Assembly: GCF_036321535.1 (NCBI RefSeq)
Contig: NC_087437.1
Span: 99,450,001-99,514,000 of the forward strand
Reading direction: 5' to 3'
Length of the DNA stretch: 64,000 bases
DNA from: Camelus dromedarius
Lineage: Eukaryota
Shown here: positions 39,881-53,659 of the stretch, in pieces
How positions within the stretch are numbered: the first letter of the stretch is position 1
How the letters are laid out: every line of letters begins with the position of its first letter
Translations under genes and position numbers: made by a program
The notes under the pieces: model-generated
The model's database searches: none
Told to the model about the DNA's origin: nothing
The model's input: only the letters and a program-made list of their open reading frames with translations

Positions 39881-40887
39881 CCTTCTAGTGCCCGTCTTCT
39901 TTTTCCCCTTAAACCACCTTTCCCTGATAACCGACCAGCTCATTCTCACTTTCAAAGAGCCAGTTCTGCCAGCCAAAGGAAAAAGACCTTTCAGTATAAT
40001 TTTCTGCGCTGACTACCTGTCTTTTTCCCTATTTAGACATAATTTGTGCTGCTAAATAGGGTTGCCCCCTAGCCATTCAGACTAAATGCTGAATTTCAAA
40101 TAGATGCTTTGTTTGTAACTGCCATAAGTCATTAGTTCTGGGGATGAAAAGACTGGTTATTTTAAGTACAAAAACTTTGGTAAACAGACAAGAGAGAACT
40201 TTTCCCTCTTTATTTAATGCCCATGGGCGAAACCTCAGGATGTTGCCATTTGAATTTCACCGCTGTCCTGTCAGAGCCTTCACCAGATGAGCTCTCTGAG
40301 CTTGCTGGTGGAAGAAGATTGGCACCCCAAGGCTGTGACCACGGGGCCCGCAGAGGGCAGCCTGCCAGCACCACTTCTGAGATGCCCGGGATTTGCAGGA
40401 CTCGACTGCTTTCCATTCCTGCTCCTTAGTGGGTTTCCTCCTCCACCACCTCTGAGAAAGCCAGTGTCCAAAAGAAGGAAGCGGTCCAGTGTCAACAGTC
40501 AGGGGCCTCCGTGGCCTCTCACCACCTTCCCTCCACCCTACCCTCAATCTCTGAGTCAAGGATACAGAATTGAAAAAAAAAAAAATCTTCCACCAGACCA
40601 AGCCCTGCCTACTATGCTTTTGGCTTTTCTACATGCTGTTACATTTTTGGAGAAAATCTTCCCTTGTCTTACCCATTTCTCCTCTTCTTACCCTGCTGTT
40701 AGACTTAAGTGTCCTTCCAGGTGGTGAACTGACACTGTGTACCCTGTGTTAACCCAAGACTTCCTCTATTGTAGTATTGTTTCACTTCACTGCAGAGAAG
40801 GAAAACCACTTGCTAACGTGAAGTACCTGCCTACCAGTTAGCATGCTTTGAGACTTTTATATGAACGTGCATGATATATATGTGGGA

Positions 40888-40907
40888 GTGTGTGTGTGTG
40901 TGTGTGT
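40888..40907. repeat. (GT)n microsatellite followed by degenerate TA/CA tract
   Basis: Read directly. Confidence 0.9.
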
Positions 40908-41514
40908 ATCCACAAAAACGTGTATACAAATACATATGTGTGTATACACACATTATACATGCAAATATACAAGTACATACCCATCTTTGATTTTGCTTCA
41001 TGAACAGCTATTTTAGCATCCCCTTCCAAAGACTAACTCCTGGTAGCATTTTTGATTTGATGACGGAATTACAGCAGCCTGCCCATGTAGTTCAATGTCA
41101 TTTGTTTTTGAGAGACTGGCACTATTCTGACATCACACTGGTGATTTGAAGGTTCAAGAGTGACTCTGCTACACTGTTTTATTTTGTTTGTTCTGTATTA
41201 CCTCGGAACTAGAAGTTGGAAAGTTTACAACGTGAAGAGACAACAGACAGAGAAAATGTGGTAACCATTTCTGGATGCATGGATATGTTCATCCCTAGTA
41301 TGGAGAGACTGTGTAACATGGAGCCAGGAAGTGGGCCTAGAAAAAATGGAATGAAATTTTGAGGCAAAGTCTGGGTTCTTCCACCTATTAGGAAGAGGTC
41401 AGAAAGTAAAAGGCCCTTGAGCATGTTTCTTCTGTATAACTCAGATGTAGCCTAAAATAGTTGCAATAAATCTGAGAACAGAGAATGTAATACTGAAATA
41501 AATACTGAGGGAGA

Positions 41515-41770
41515 GACTGAATTAATGTATATAGGTCTTCGCTGAGCACATAATAGGAAATAATTGGAGTGAATATTTTAGGTACTGTGATTAGGCTTGG
41601 GAAGTACCAAGATGACTAAAATACTGTTCTTACCCTGAGAAAGCTCATATTCTGGTTTGGGAGAAAGAAAAGTAAATAATTACAATCCAGGCAGATGACC
41701 CAGACTCTTGAAAATATTGCACAAGAGCCATTAACTCCCTTGGGAAAGTTGCAGGATTCCTTCCAGAAAA
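41515..41770 (-). mobile_element. L2 fragment
   Basis: 'taggtactgtgattaggcttgggaagtaccaagatgactaaaatactgttcttaccctgagaagctcatattctgg'. Confidence 0.65.
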
Positions 41771-42499
41771 GAGTTGTAGTTAACCTTCCTACGTGTGACA
41801 GGAGAGGCTGGGGCAGCACCCCAAAGGCTTCCTTCCCTCTAGATGCCAGCGTCCGATGAGCTTCTTAATCAGACACCCTCCTTATGAATGCAATTCAGAG
41901 CAGCTGTTTCTGCTTCTGCCTCCAGCTCCTGATTGCTACTCGTTTTAAACACTTTTCCTAGAACATCATTGTTCTCTCACCTATTACTTAATATTCTTTC
42001 TCTTGGCTTCTGTCCAATTTCTGTTTTCTTCTACCCATTACAAACACAGGGGGATAGCTTGTCAGATAATATTTTTTTTTGAAAAACACTTGCAGAGATT
42101 TTAATAGTTCTGTGTGTGTTTTCTGTATTCATATTTATGATTTCTATTCATTTTCATGGTGATTACATTTATCAAGTTACTGACCTGTGTGTATCCTAGA
42201 GAATGTGTCCTTTAATCTCCCCAACCTAATTAGTGAAAACTGTTCTTGGTAATATTGTTGGATGAAGACCATAAAGGCACACTTTTGTGGAAGCATTGTT
42301 GAATTAGAAGTTCTTTGTGGCACGTGAGGCATACCCATCCAGAAATAACATCTGTCCTATCAGCATCTGTAAGAGGAATTTTTCACTTTGTCTGAACATT
42401 CTGAACCGCAGTATATAAAATATCATTGAGGTGGATGTGTATACATAATCAGAAAAAAATTATTTGGGAAAAAAAAACTATAGATTACATTATTTAAAG

Positions 42500-42558
42500 T
42501 TTTATGTAGGCTTAACTATTATGTTTAACTTAACTAAATAGGTTAAGCCTACATAAAA
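42500..42558. repeat. Perfect 17-bp inverted repeat with 25-nt spacer
   Basis: ttttatgtaggcttaac (42500-42516) / gttaagcctacataaaa (42542-42558). Confidence 0.95.
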
Positions 42559-42668
42559 GTTCTTTAACTGCAGTTAATTTAAAGCTGCATAACCTCTGTG
42601 TGGTCCTAATCCTTACCACTAATTCCTCCATTTAGAGTATTAATGAAACATTTAGCGAGGAACTGCTG

Positions 42669-42692
42669 ACACACACACACACACACACACAC
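42669..42692. repeat. (AC)n microsatellite
   Basis: Read directly, about 12 units. Confidence 0.95.
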
Positions 42693-45600
42693 CTCCCAGA
42701 GCACTGTTTCCTATATCTATATAAAACCTTGTTTCATTTTCTTGTTTCTGTGTTCACAGATGGTTCTCTTTCTATGTCTAATGCCAGTTCTTGTCCTAAT
42801 TTCCATGGAATTGACCATTTGATTGCATAGAAGTTGATGTATTTCATATATTAATTGCAGAAAATTCTCTCTGAGTGCAATTGCTAGAAACACACTAATT
42901 GGGTTTTTTGTTTGTTTGGTGTCTTTGATTCCTATTAGCTACTGGAAAAATCCATTTATGTACAATTTAAGGTGGACTGTCTCTTTTTCAGAGCTTTCTA
43001 ACTATCTCTTGATAGCAGCTATTGGAGACATGAGACAGAAGTGATAATAGACATGAGAGAGCATAATTCATAACTCCTTGAAAATTGGAGGAAAGACCCC
43101 CTCCATGTCCTAAGTGAAAAATCTTCCCACGTTACTTAAGAAATAATCAGAGATTAAATGCCTTCTGCATCTAGATGATTCCTGTCCATTCCACTAGTTG
43201 AGCTTTTTGAAAATCTAACATGACTGTAGATTTTACCCTTTCAATTTTTATGGAAATGCTCTCAATAAGATACCATCTGTCAAAAAAATGACAATAAAAC
43301 TAATAGTCTAATACAAACCAGGCACTGTTGTAAATATTTTATATCTAAGAACATACAGGTAAGAACACAGAACCCATATGATACCTAGCAAATTAAACAG
43401 TGTATTGTACTAAATAGTGTGAAAAGAAATTTGATGAATTAAAAGTAATATTTGCAACAAAGCTTTCATCTTAAAATGGATATTTTTAATAAGCAATCCC
43501 ACTTTGGGAGGGTAATCGTAGATAAATTAGGATGTATTTAAACTCCAGTTTCTAAGCTGAAATCTGTTTCAGTCCAGAGGACATGGTTTCCCTTTGGGCA
43601 AGGCTTTTCTATTCTAAAACCATGCTCATTTCTGTCACTAAGGACCCTTCTCTTTAAAAAAGAACGATTACTACAAGATGGGGTGCTTAAAGTGGAGTGT
43701 ACTGCAGTGCTTCGTGCCTGATTGCTGCCATGTCTCAAACAAGAGATATTAAAAGAAATAAATGCCAGGTGGTCTCATGAGGACATTTTGACTTATGCTT
43801 TTGAACCTTTGGCGCCCACATAACAAAAAGGCTGGTTGCTTTGATGTTGTTTCAACACAGGAAAATCCGCAAGTTTATTGTTTGCAAATGTGAGCCTCTT
43901 CCCCAGATACCCTTTGTCCCTAATTATAAAGAATTCTTCAACAGTGAAATACCCTTTTTATATATTGGAAATTGAAATTTAGCATGTTTTTAGGATAATA
44001 CTTCTGGACAGTATAGTAGTGGGGAACATTTGAATGGTTCTTTTTATTATTTTTCCCCTAAATCAAGACTTTGGCTACACAGAATTGGAAACATTTGGTT
44101 AGGAGAAAGTTAGTAATGTGTGCCCATACTTTGTTCATTAAGTGCCTTTTAAGATAAATTTGTAATTTATAGGTACTAAATTTATTTGTTTTCAGGAATA
44201 GAGTTTCACCAAGGGTTTTGATTCCAGTTTTCTGAAATATATTTATACAATGTATAGATGGTATTTTTATTGATTTATATTAAAACAGCCTTTATAGAAT
44301 AGTTCTTAAGTAATTCCTTTAAAAACTACACATTGTAAATGGATAACTGATGAGAATTTGAAGTAAAAATAAATTGTAAATGATTGTTTTAAGGTTAGCC
44401 TAGGAGAATAAGTATATAGCTGCTAAAATTTTAAAGAAATGCAAATACAAATTCTTAAGTAAAGGACCTGTTTTCCGTCCATCATGAAAGAAATGTCAAG
44501 TGATAGATAACTTATGTTTTAAGGACCTACTTTCTTGCCCCTCATATAGATGGATCAAGATACACCAAAGAAAACTATCTCCTGTGTGTTCCAACAAGTA
44601 TTTTGTGTATAGCTAAAAGTTGTTTTTATTGAGTTTGTTTAAAGTGTGAGATTACAAATTCTACCCTTCTGATTAAAACAGGGTCTTTTGGTATCCAAAC
44701 AAGTATTTTCTAAATTGTGTTCTATGTAGAATGAGAGCAGGTTTATCTAGGACAGATTTATTATTCTCTCTTGAATGAAAGGATGTGATCTGAAATTTGA
44801 CATCTCTTGTAACTTCACCTTCCCCCTCTAAAATACTCTTTCCCGTTCATGACACAGGGAGCTTCCAAGTGATCGTTTGTCTGTAATGATTTCACGTCCC
44901 TTCCTGTTTCACCATTATGTATTTACACGTCAAGCCTATTCTAAACCTTATGGTTGGGATGCACTTTAATAATAAGTACTAGAGTTACATACATACAAAT
45001 TAATATTTTAATCCGTTTTGTTTTCTTATTTTTGTTCTTCCCATCCCTCTATTTGTCTTCTTTCTTTCCTTTTTATTTTTTAGTTGTTGCATTTCATGTA
45101 GCATCCCAAGAAATTCTGCTTCTGTGAAATTTTCTGGATTTTTTCTTTCATTTGCTTGATTTCTCAATATGTCTTTTTAAGATACACTATATTTTTGTTG
45201 TTTGACTTACATTTTTTTTATTTTGAAAATTGTCTCGAGTGTGATGATTAGAGATACCAAATTAAACTTGCGTTAAGTGAAATTACATGTATGAATATTA
45301 CATTTTTTTAAAATGCCTAAGACAATATAACTTCATTTATTCTACAAGTAGCCTTTAAAAATGCATTCTGTAATTAAAAGAGAACATTTTAAACACACCA
45401 ATGAAAATGCTGAGCATCTTAAAATCTTAAAATGTCTAAATACTTGGCACTTATTACTTGAATAACATTCAAGATGGTTTACATATTTTAAATTGCTAAA
45501 CTCTTTTCAAATTAATCAGGGTTAAAAAGTAGCCTTTGTACTAGTTTCTCTTTTGTACTTTGGTGTGGCATTTTCACTGCTGATAAATGTCTTTACCATT

Positions 45601-46789
45601 TTAATTTGATTTCTCTCTTAGGTTATCAGAATATTGCAGTCCTGAACAATATTCAGATTATTCTCAAAAACTCTTTTTTCTAAAGAGATGATTTATGAAA
45701 GTACATTTAATTCCTTCAGGTTTTAAATTTAATTCTTAGAGACATGTTTTGGAACGAAATGGAAAAAAGGCAGCCATTTTATGACCATTATGATGCCATT
45801 CCAAATAAAAGTACATTAAATATCATTATTTCAAGTAACTATATGTTCTTGCTATTTGAGAATTAAACTTCACAAATTTTCCTGTAGGGAAAAATCGTAT
45901 GCCTCTGGTAATGATTACTCATCATTTGTTGGAAAAGTGCATTGTATTTCATGTATTTAAATTACTATAGAGATTCTTACTCCCAGTAAAAAAAAAAAAA
46001 AAATCAAAATACCCTTAGGGTTCTAACATAATCGCATATTTAAACTGTACCACAGACATCCCAAGTGCTGACTCACTGGCCTTCTGAAAGTCCCAGCCTA
46101 AGAATGGGAGGCATTCAATAAATAGAAAAAAAATACAAACAAACAAATGCACAAACTTAATACTACCATGAAAATTCCTTAAATAAGTCAAATCTTAATT
46201 TATAAATATGAGTTCCAAATTTTGAGCAAGCCTCAGAGTATGGGTTGAAACAGGGTAGTAATGATCATCTTTCTTTGAAGGTGTACTTTAAGTAAAAAAT
46301 ATCTGAATTTTTTTCATAATATGATCATCACACAGAAATTTAGGTTAGGGTACATTTAATGCACACTTAATTATAATAAAACAATTGGAAATAACCAAAA
46401 TGTTATACTTAAAACCTTGCTTAAATAAGCTACAGTATTGTGAAAATATTAATAAAATTGCATGCCATTTTCCCGAATTTTTGACAGCTGATGTATGTGA
46501 AAAAAAAAAAAACTTTGAAAATATCTTCGAAGGACAGTACAATATAGTACATTATATATATATATATATAATTATAGAGATATATCCTTTGTATAAGTGT
46601 GACTTTTCTTTCCACTTTTAAGTTAGAACTGCTCACCATACTCAGAAGCATATGAATGTGGAATAAGGGTTTACTATGCTAATAATCTCTTTTGCTCATT
46701 ACCTGAGTGTCATCCTAAAGAGCTGATTTGACTTTAAGGTAGCAGAGATCTATTCTTACACCTGCAGATAGCATATATGCTACCACATG

Positions 46790-46935
46790 CGAATCAATCA
46801 ACCAATAGTCCACACATATGTAATAAGGGTTGGCCATGCATTTATTCCTAGGTTTGGTGCTATAGGATCACTGTTGTACAAACCATGATCTTGCCTTCTT
46901 GGAGCTTACAATCAAGTTGGAAAACAAGAGACATA
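46790..46935 (-). mobile_element. L2 3' fragment
   Basis: 'aatcaatcaaccaa...catgatcttgccttcttggagcttacaatcaagttgg'. Confidence 0.55.
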
Positions 46936-47349
46936 AAAAAATAACAAGTTAGTATAAAACCTGGATAAACAATGAAATGACTAGATCTGGCCAACATGAA
47001 TGTACTCACTGGGACTTACAGAGATGTTGGGGAAAAAGTAAGATGGGTCTGTGTTATAAAACTTTGATTAAATTAGTATAGATATTGACTGTTAATATTT
47101 CCATCTAATATTCATCTTGTTTTATTTTTAAGGCAATTTTTGGTTTTTATGTGTTGCATGAATATTTGTACATCACATTACATATTTTATTACATTTTAT
47201 TAATTTTTCAGTAGAAATCCATCTGCTATGTTAGCATTTAATCATTGTTGAACTATTAAAGGGTTTTGAGAAGGTAATTATTTGACAAAGTGCACTCACT
47301 AGTAGAATTATCTGTGTTCATAGAAAAGATTTTTTTATGATGATGGTGT

Positions 47350-47705
47350 TTCATTCATTTAATTTATTGAGCACCTATTATGTGCCAGGTACTTTCCTGG
47401 GAGCTGGCAATGCAGAACTAAAAAGAAAGGGCGAGACCCCCTGCGGTCATGGAGTCTACATTTTAATGATGAAAGCGGGTAATGAACAATATAAGTAGGT
47501 AAAGTACGTGGTATATTAAATAATGAAAAATGATAAATAAGAAAAAAAAGCAGGAAAGCAGGAGTGTAAAAATGTCAGGAGTGGGATAGAAATTGTAGGT
47601 AATGAGGGCCTCCGTGAGGAGGTAACTCTGGATTAAAATCTTAGAAAATGTGAGGTGCTAGTCATGCACGTATCTGGGAGAGATCCAGGCAAGAGGAACA
47701 GAAGG
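47350..47705 (-). mobile_element. L2a 3' end
   Basis: 'ttcattcatttaatttattgagcacctattatgtgccaggtact...catggagtctacatttta...ggcctccgtgaggaggtaac...tccaggcaagaggaacag'. Confidence 0.85.
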
Positions 47706-48822
47706 CTGTTTCCTTCATTAGTGTGGCCACAACACCAGGCGTGCACTTACCTTTCAAGGAAAGGAGTAGGGGGCAAGAAGCAAACATCATTACTTGGAGA
47801 AGGGAAAAGGCCTCACTTTGCTTTAACAGATCTATTATTTCTGTATTCTAACCAGTATTACTTTAAGTCTATCTAAGAATTCCAAGATTTTGAAATAAAG
47901 TACTATTCCATTCTGACCATCAAACTTTTACTGAAAGAATTACTAGATACTAAGACAAATAATATTTTTTTCCTCATGAGTTTGCTTGGTATTGTGGACT
48001 GAAGATTACTAAAATAGAAAGAAAAATGAAAGAGCAACCTGGAGATAGTTGGAGTGACATTAGATGCGTTCTTAGCAGAAGCAAGAATAATCAAATCCTG
48101 CATTAGCCTCAAGACTCAGATATTCTATAACATTTCACTTTCTAGATAGAGTAGGCATCCCAATTAAGAAAATTATCATTTGTTTGTGGGAACCTGATTA
48201 TAGAAAAAAGCTGTGGGTTTTTTGTTTGTTTTCTGTATACTGGTAAATCCCTCCAATCAAAAAAAATTGTATTAAAGTATGCATTATGCTTTGTTTTGAT
48301 GGCTATATAGTGTCTGCCATATGTTTGGCAATTCTGAGCAAACACTTGAGAAAGGATAATCTCGTTTTTTGTTAATTGAGGTGGCTACAAACAAAAAATA
48401 ATTATAGTTATGTATGTAGCCTAATTAAAGTACAAAAAAACCCCTTAATTAACATATGTATGATTAAGAAATATAATGGCAGCTATGATAAATAGCTTTA
48501 ACCTCAATCCCTACTACAGTCACAAAATATATAGTTCTCAATGAAACCTGATGACTATACATTGGTATTGTGGAAGGAATTTTGACATATTAATGTTTTT
48601 GGTTGAGTATCAACCTTTCTACTGATCCAGACACTAATGCTGTACATTCACATGCTTGTACTTCTCAGGCTGCAGAACCATAATAGGATCTGCATAGAAA
48701 ACCCCACTCTTTTTAGACCCAAATATCTGAAATTACTAAACAGTTCCAAAGTATTGGTGTTATAAAATCATGTTTTATGGGTATAACACGTTATGGCTGG
48801 CTTGTGATAGGACCTAGAGTTC

Positions 48823-49166
48823 TGTGAAATAATGCTGATCTTAAAACATTGTTGACTGTTATTTTACCAGCAAAATGAGTTTATTTATTCGGGAACAGCA
48901 AGAGAATTGCAATTCAGGACAAGCAAAGTGTGGGGAACCATACTCAAGTCTGGAGAAATTAAAGAGGGACTGGCTTTCATAGAGGAGAGGAGGAAACTGG
49001 GGAGGCTGTTCTTCATTGGCTACAGGTGAGGGTCAGCTTGCTGCTGCTGGGTCAGGAGGAAATCTTTCTTCCTGCTGGGCTGTAGGCTGGGGTGAGTGCA
49101 TTAGAGCTCCCCCTTTAAGGCTTCCCAGCTCAATTTTAAATGAAGTTTCTTACATTTATTTTCACA
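48823..49166 (-). mobile_element. Solo ERV LTR (probably ERV1 class, family unassigned)
   Basis: Inverted termini tgtgaaataa...ttattttcaca, near-TSD gttc/gtac, antisense polyA signal (tttatt ~48879) and antisense CCAAT (attgg ~49015); ~344 bp. Confidence 0.7.
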
Positions 49167-49959
49167 GTACCTACATATTTTCAAACAGCTACTCCATTTC
49201 TTATCTTTTAATGTCTTTGAAATTTATCTAGTGGCTCCTGTTCTTGATTTTCTATTGCAGTGTTTCTTTAGTTTTAATGTCAACATCATCATTTAAGTGA
49301 CCATCTCAAATGATTTAACCATGTTATAAGATGAATAAAATTCAGATTTCTCATTAATAAAATAGCTTTCTTCCAAAGAGGGAGGCAGGAAAGGACTTAT
49401 CTGTTCATGGTTTTCCCCACTAATTTCTACTTTAAAAGAAGAGACATTTTCCTAAAGAGAGAACATTTTCCAATAGATATTATTAATTTAAACAGTTGAA
49501 ATTACAATAACTACAGGCATCAGAAATCAAATTGTTTTGGAAAAATTCCTCTTTTCTCATAGACATTTCAATAAGCCATTCCATCGACTGGATGATAGAC
49601 TTAAAATGAGGTGAAGAGGATATGCATCTGGTGAAGTTTTCAAATGTAGAACACTTGTATCACTAGATTTATATGGATTTGTGTGACAGTGCATCTTGCC
49701 TCTCTTCTTTTAAATGACATATTTCTCAACATTTTCAAGGTTCTGATAACTCCTGCAGCAAAGAAAAATGATTAACCATCCTTAATCGAATGTTTACCAA
49801 ACTTATTTGCTAAGAAAATACTTTTTCATATCCAACCAAATAACATATTCTGGGACTACTGTTTTACAAAACATATGTTGCTAAAATATCTTAGCAATTG
49901 CTGCTAAAATGAAATCCATATCCAATTAACAAAGAGATTTTCAATTTTGTAAAACCTCA

Positions 49960-50207
49960 GTGAACAGCTTATTTTTTCATGTTTGTAGCCGCTTTTTTGT
50001 AACAACCACAAATTAGCCACCTACAACATATGAATGTATAAACAAAGTAGTATACTCACACTAAGGAAAACAACAGAGCAATTAAAAAAAGAACAGTCTG
50101 TTTATGCACCCACAATCTGGATAATTTTCTCCAGAAGATTATATAAAATAAGAAAAATCAATCTCAAATATTTACATGCCATATATGATTCCATTTATAT
50201 AGCATTC
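49960..50207 (+). mobile_element. Old L1M(E)-type 3' fragment
   Basis: 'atgtttgtagccgc...gaatgtataaacaaa...tatatgattccatttatatagcattct'. Confidence 0.6.
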
Positions 50208-50219
50208 TTTTTTTCAGTA

Positions 50220-50253
50220 TATTGATTGATTGATTGGTTGGTTGGTTGGTTGA
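50220..50253. repeat. (GATT)n(GGTT)n microsatellite at the L1 tail
   Basis: 'attgattgattgattggttggttggttggttgatt' abuts the L1 3' terminus. Confidence 0.85.
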
Positions 50254-51491
50254 TTGAAGTACAGTCAGTTTACTATGTTGTGTCAATTTCTGGTGTATAG
50301 CAGAATGCTTCAGTCATACATGAACATACATACATTCGTTTTCATGTTCTTTTTTGCCATAAGTTACTGCAAGATATTGAACACAGTTCTCTGTGTTACA
50401 CAGTATGAACTTATTTATCTATTTTATATATATTAGTTAGTACCTGCAAGTCTCAAACTCCCGATTTATCCCTTCCCACCTGCTTCCCCCCATGGCAACC
50501 ATAAGTTTGTTTTCTGTGTTTATGAGTCTGTTTCTGTTTTGTCTTCTTTTTTTAGATTCCACATATAAGTGATATCATATGGTATTTTCTTACTTTTTTT
50601 GGCTTACTTCACTTAGAATAACGGTCTCCAGTTTCATGCATGTTGCTGCAAATGGCATTTTATTGTTTTTTATGGCTGAGTAGCATTCCATTGTATAAAT
50701 ATACCATGACTTCTTTAGCCAGTCATCTGTTGATGGACATTTAAGTTGTTTCCATGTCTTGACTATTGTAAATAGTGCTGCTGTGAACATTGGGGTGCAT
50801 GGCTCTTTTTGAATTAAGATTCCCTCTGGATATATGCCCAGGAGTGGGCTGCTGGATCATATGGTATATCTATTTTTAGTCTTTTGAAGAATCTGCATAC
50901 TGTTCTCATAACAGCTCCACCAAACTACATTCCCACCAACAGTATAGGAGGGTTCTCTTTTCTCTACATCCTCTCCAGCATTTATTGTTCATGGACTTTT
51001 GAATGATAGCCATTCTGACTGGTATGAGGTGATACCTCATTGTAGCTTTGATTTGCATTTCTCTGATAATTAGCAATATTGAGCATTTTTTCATGTGCCT
51101 ATTGGCCATTTGTATATCTTCATTGGAGAATTGCTTGTTTAGGTCTTCTGCCCATTTTTAGATTGGGTTGTTTGGTTTTTTTCGTATTAAATTGTATAAG
51201 CTATTAAAATATATTCTGGAAATGAAACCCTTATCAGTCTCATGTTTTGCAAATATTTTCTCCCACTCCATAGATTATCTTTTTGTTTTGCTTATGGTTT
51301 CCTTGTGCAAAAACCTGTAAGTTGAATTAGGTCCCATTTGTTTATTTTTGCTTTTATTTCTATTGCCTAGGTAGACTGCCCTAGGAGAACATTGCTAAGA
51401 TTTATGTCAGATAATGTTTTGCATATGTTTTCTTCTAAGAGCTTTAAAGACTTAAACATAAGGCAAGACCCTATTACCTCTTAGATGAACA
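50254..51491 (-). mobile_element. Camelid-type LINE-1, 5'-truncated (ORF2 C-terminus + 3'UTR) with a short 5' inversion
   Basis: ORF-track peptides [36 protein letters not shown] and MFTAALFTIVKTWKQLKCPSTDDW are L1 ORF2 C-terminal sequence; 3' terminus 'tgaagtacagtcagtttac...'; 51444-51491 is adjacent ORF2 sequence in the opposite orientation. Confidence 0.92.
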
Positions 51492-52614
51492 GCTTGATAC
51501 TGGGCTAGGAACCTATTGGGCAATCTGAATTATTGATCTTTTAGAAGTGGGCAATGAATAGTAATTGACTACTTAGAAAACAGTGCACTCAGGACATATT
51601 TTAAGATCCAGAATCTTTAGAATTTGCTTGTACCACTTTGCAGTGGACAACTAAGATGCGATTTCATATTTCAGGTTTTATGAATATATACTGAATTTAG
51701 GGACAGAAATGTATTGAGCGACATTTAATAGAATTGGCCTTAAATGTGAGCGGGGTTAGCATTTATTTGCAACACAATTTTCTGGAAGATCCAAGGCTTT
51801 TTAAGCCCCAGATTGGCTTGTTCACATCCTATCACTCCATGAAATTTCACCGCTAGAGCTCCCTGACCTCTCACTTGAATTATAGAATCAAAACAGTCCT
51901 GTCATTTTCTATCCCATGGCTTTGCTTAGGCTTTTTCTCTTCCCCAAATTACCTTTCTCCTTTATGTGCCAGTCACTACCCATCAGAATCCTCCGCTGTC
52001 TTTAAACAACTCTACTTCCCTGATACCTTCCCTTATTTTCTCCTTGGTAGACAACTATTTATCCAAGCCTCTGTGAGGTCACGCAGATGATTCCTCTTTT
52101 CTCTGTGTCTCAGCAAGTCTTTGCTAGTTTCTTTCTTTATAACGTATTGTATGAAATACTGTTACTGAGAAATATGTGTAACAGTCCACCAACATTCATG
52201 AAGCACTTTTGGTAATCAGAGACCATGCTTTACCCATTATAAATAATGTCTTGCACAGAGTAGATACTCAAAATTGGATGTCATGGCAACTTCAAAATTG
52301 ACCTTGATCATCTTCAGGAAAGTCACATGAAAATGCAGATTGAAAATCACGTTCTGAGTTTCTATTCATTAGTTAGTTACTGAAATACACACAGGTTACT
52401 TCACATGTGAACAAAGAATTTATTTCTTTAGGGCCCAAGCATTTTTGGAAAACTTCCTTATTGTCACTTAATTCTGGGTAATTTACAGCTAGTTGAAATT
52501 AAAAAAAAAAAATTAAAAGGCCGTATGATACACAGAACTACATAGCCAAATTTTGATCTCTTATTCCTTCCATATGTGATTCTTCACTCATTTCTTTTCA
52601 TAGTTAGAAATTGT

Positions 52615-52990
52615 TCTTTTTAAACTTTTTATTTTTAAATAATTTCAGACCTACAAAAGACTGAAAATTCTAGAGAAATCCCCTTATAGTTTTCAACCAG
52701 CTTCCCCGATTGTTAACATCTTATATAAACAGAGTACAATTATGAAAACCAGAAAATTAACACTAAAACAATTCTACTAATTGCTCTGTAAACCTGGTCA
52801 TGTTTCTTTGTCTCATGAAGGCCCTTTTCCTTGATCCAGGATCCAATCTTTAAGTCACCTTAGTCTCCTCCAATTAACATCTATCTCCTCAGTCTTTCTT
52901 TGCCTGTCATGACATCATGAACGTCACACTTATGAAGAGCAGTAGACATTTCTTTTTGTAGAATGTCAATTTCAGGTTGCCTATTGTGTA
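52615..52990 (-). mobile_element. L1MC4/L1MC5-like 3' fragment
   Basis: 'aataatttcagacctacaaaag...cagcttccccgattgttaacat...gatccaggatccaatc...ttttgtagaatgtc'. Confidence 0.7.
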
Positions 52991-53196
52991 AGCAGTGATT
53001 ATGTCCTTCAAGAAATATATTCAGAGCCTTGGGAATATTTGTGAGGATTGTTTGAGTGGAAAACATTTGTTTCTCCAAATGCTTGGTTGAATCATAGCCT
53101 TACTTTCAGTGTGGTAAGGGTGAATATTTTAGAGGGTTTTTTTTTTTTTTTTCTTTTTTTTAAGGGAGAAAAATGTCTTGTTTTTCTTCTTTGCAG

Positions 53197-53256
53197 GTGT
53201 TGTATCTCGTATTATTCCTCTGAAACATTTATAATGAGTTTGTGTTCCAGAGCTCT
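53197..53256 (+). other. Candidate 60-nt internal exon
   Basis: Strong acceptor 'tgtcttgtttttcttctttgcag|G' and donor 'CT|gtaagt'; unique sequence; one frame stays open but no recognisable protein. Confidence 0.45.
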
Positions 53257-53659
53257 GTAAGTCTCTGTTGACATGAATATGCATCTCCTATCAAAAAAAT
53301 TTTTAAATATTCAAGTTTTTTCTTTAATCAACACATTGCATGTTTTCTTCCTTAGTAATCAGTAGGTAGGCAGTTTGGGGCATCTTGAGATGCTGAAATT
53401 TAATTGTTTGAAGTGATCTATTCATTGCCCTGGGTGGAAAATCTTAGGCTTTATTGTGATGCACCTCTTCCATGAATATCACGGAGAAGTCACATTTAAA
53501 ATATTCTCCTTTTAAGGTGATCTTGTTAAAGATTTTTTGGTATATTAGTCTTCCTCCTTTCCATTTTCTAATGTGCTTTACTCTCTGGAGAACTTTCCCA
53601 TCCTGCTTTTTTTGTTAAATCCTCCACTAATTTTGACCATTACCCGTATTGACCAATTT

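Noticed and set aside
40210..40752. Overlapping ORFs up to 146 aa in a GC-richer patch
   Set aside because: ORFs on both strands reflect stop-codon scarcity in GC-rich DNA; no recognisable domain and the longest runs through an A-tract. Could be regulatory but not supportable as CDS.
44460..44570. Two 'aaggacct...tcat...tcaag' units about 59 bp apart
   Set aside because: Similarity too weak to call a duplication with confidence.
50590..51109. ORFs with real protein-like sequence
   Set aside because: They are broken LINE-1 ORF2 C-terminal remnants, not a host gene.
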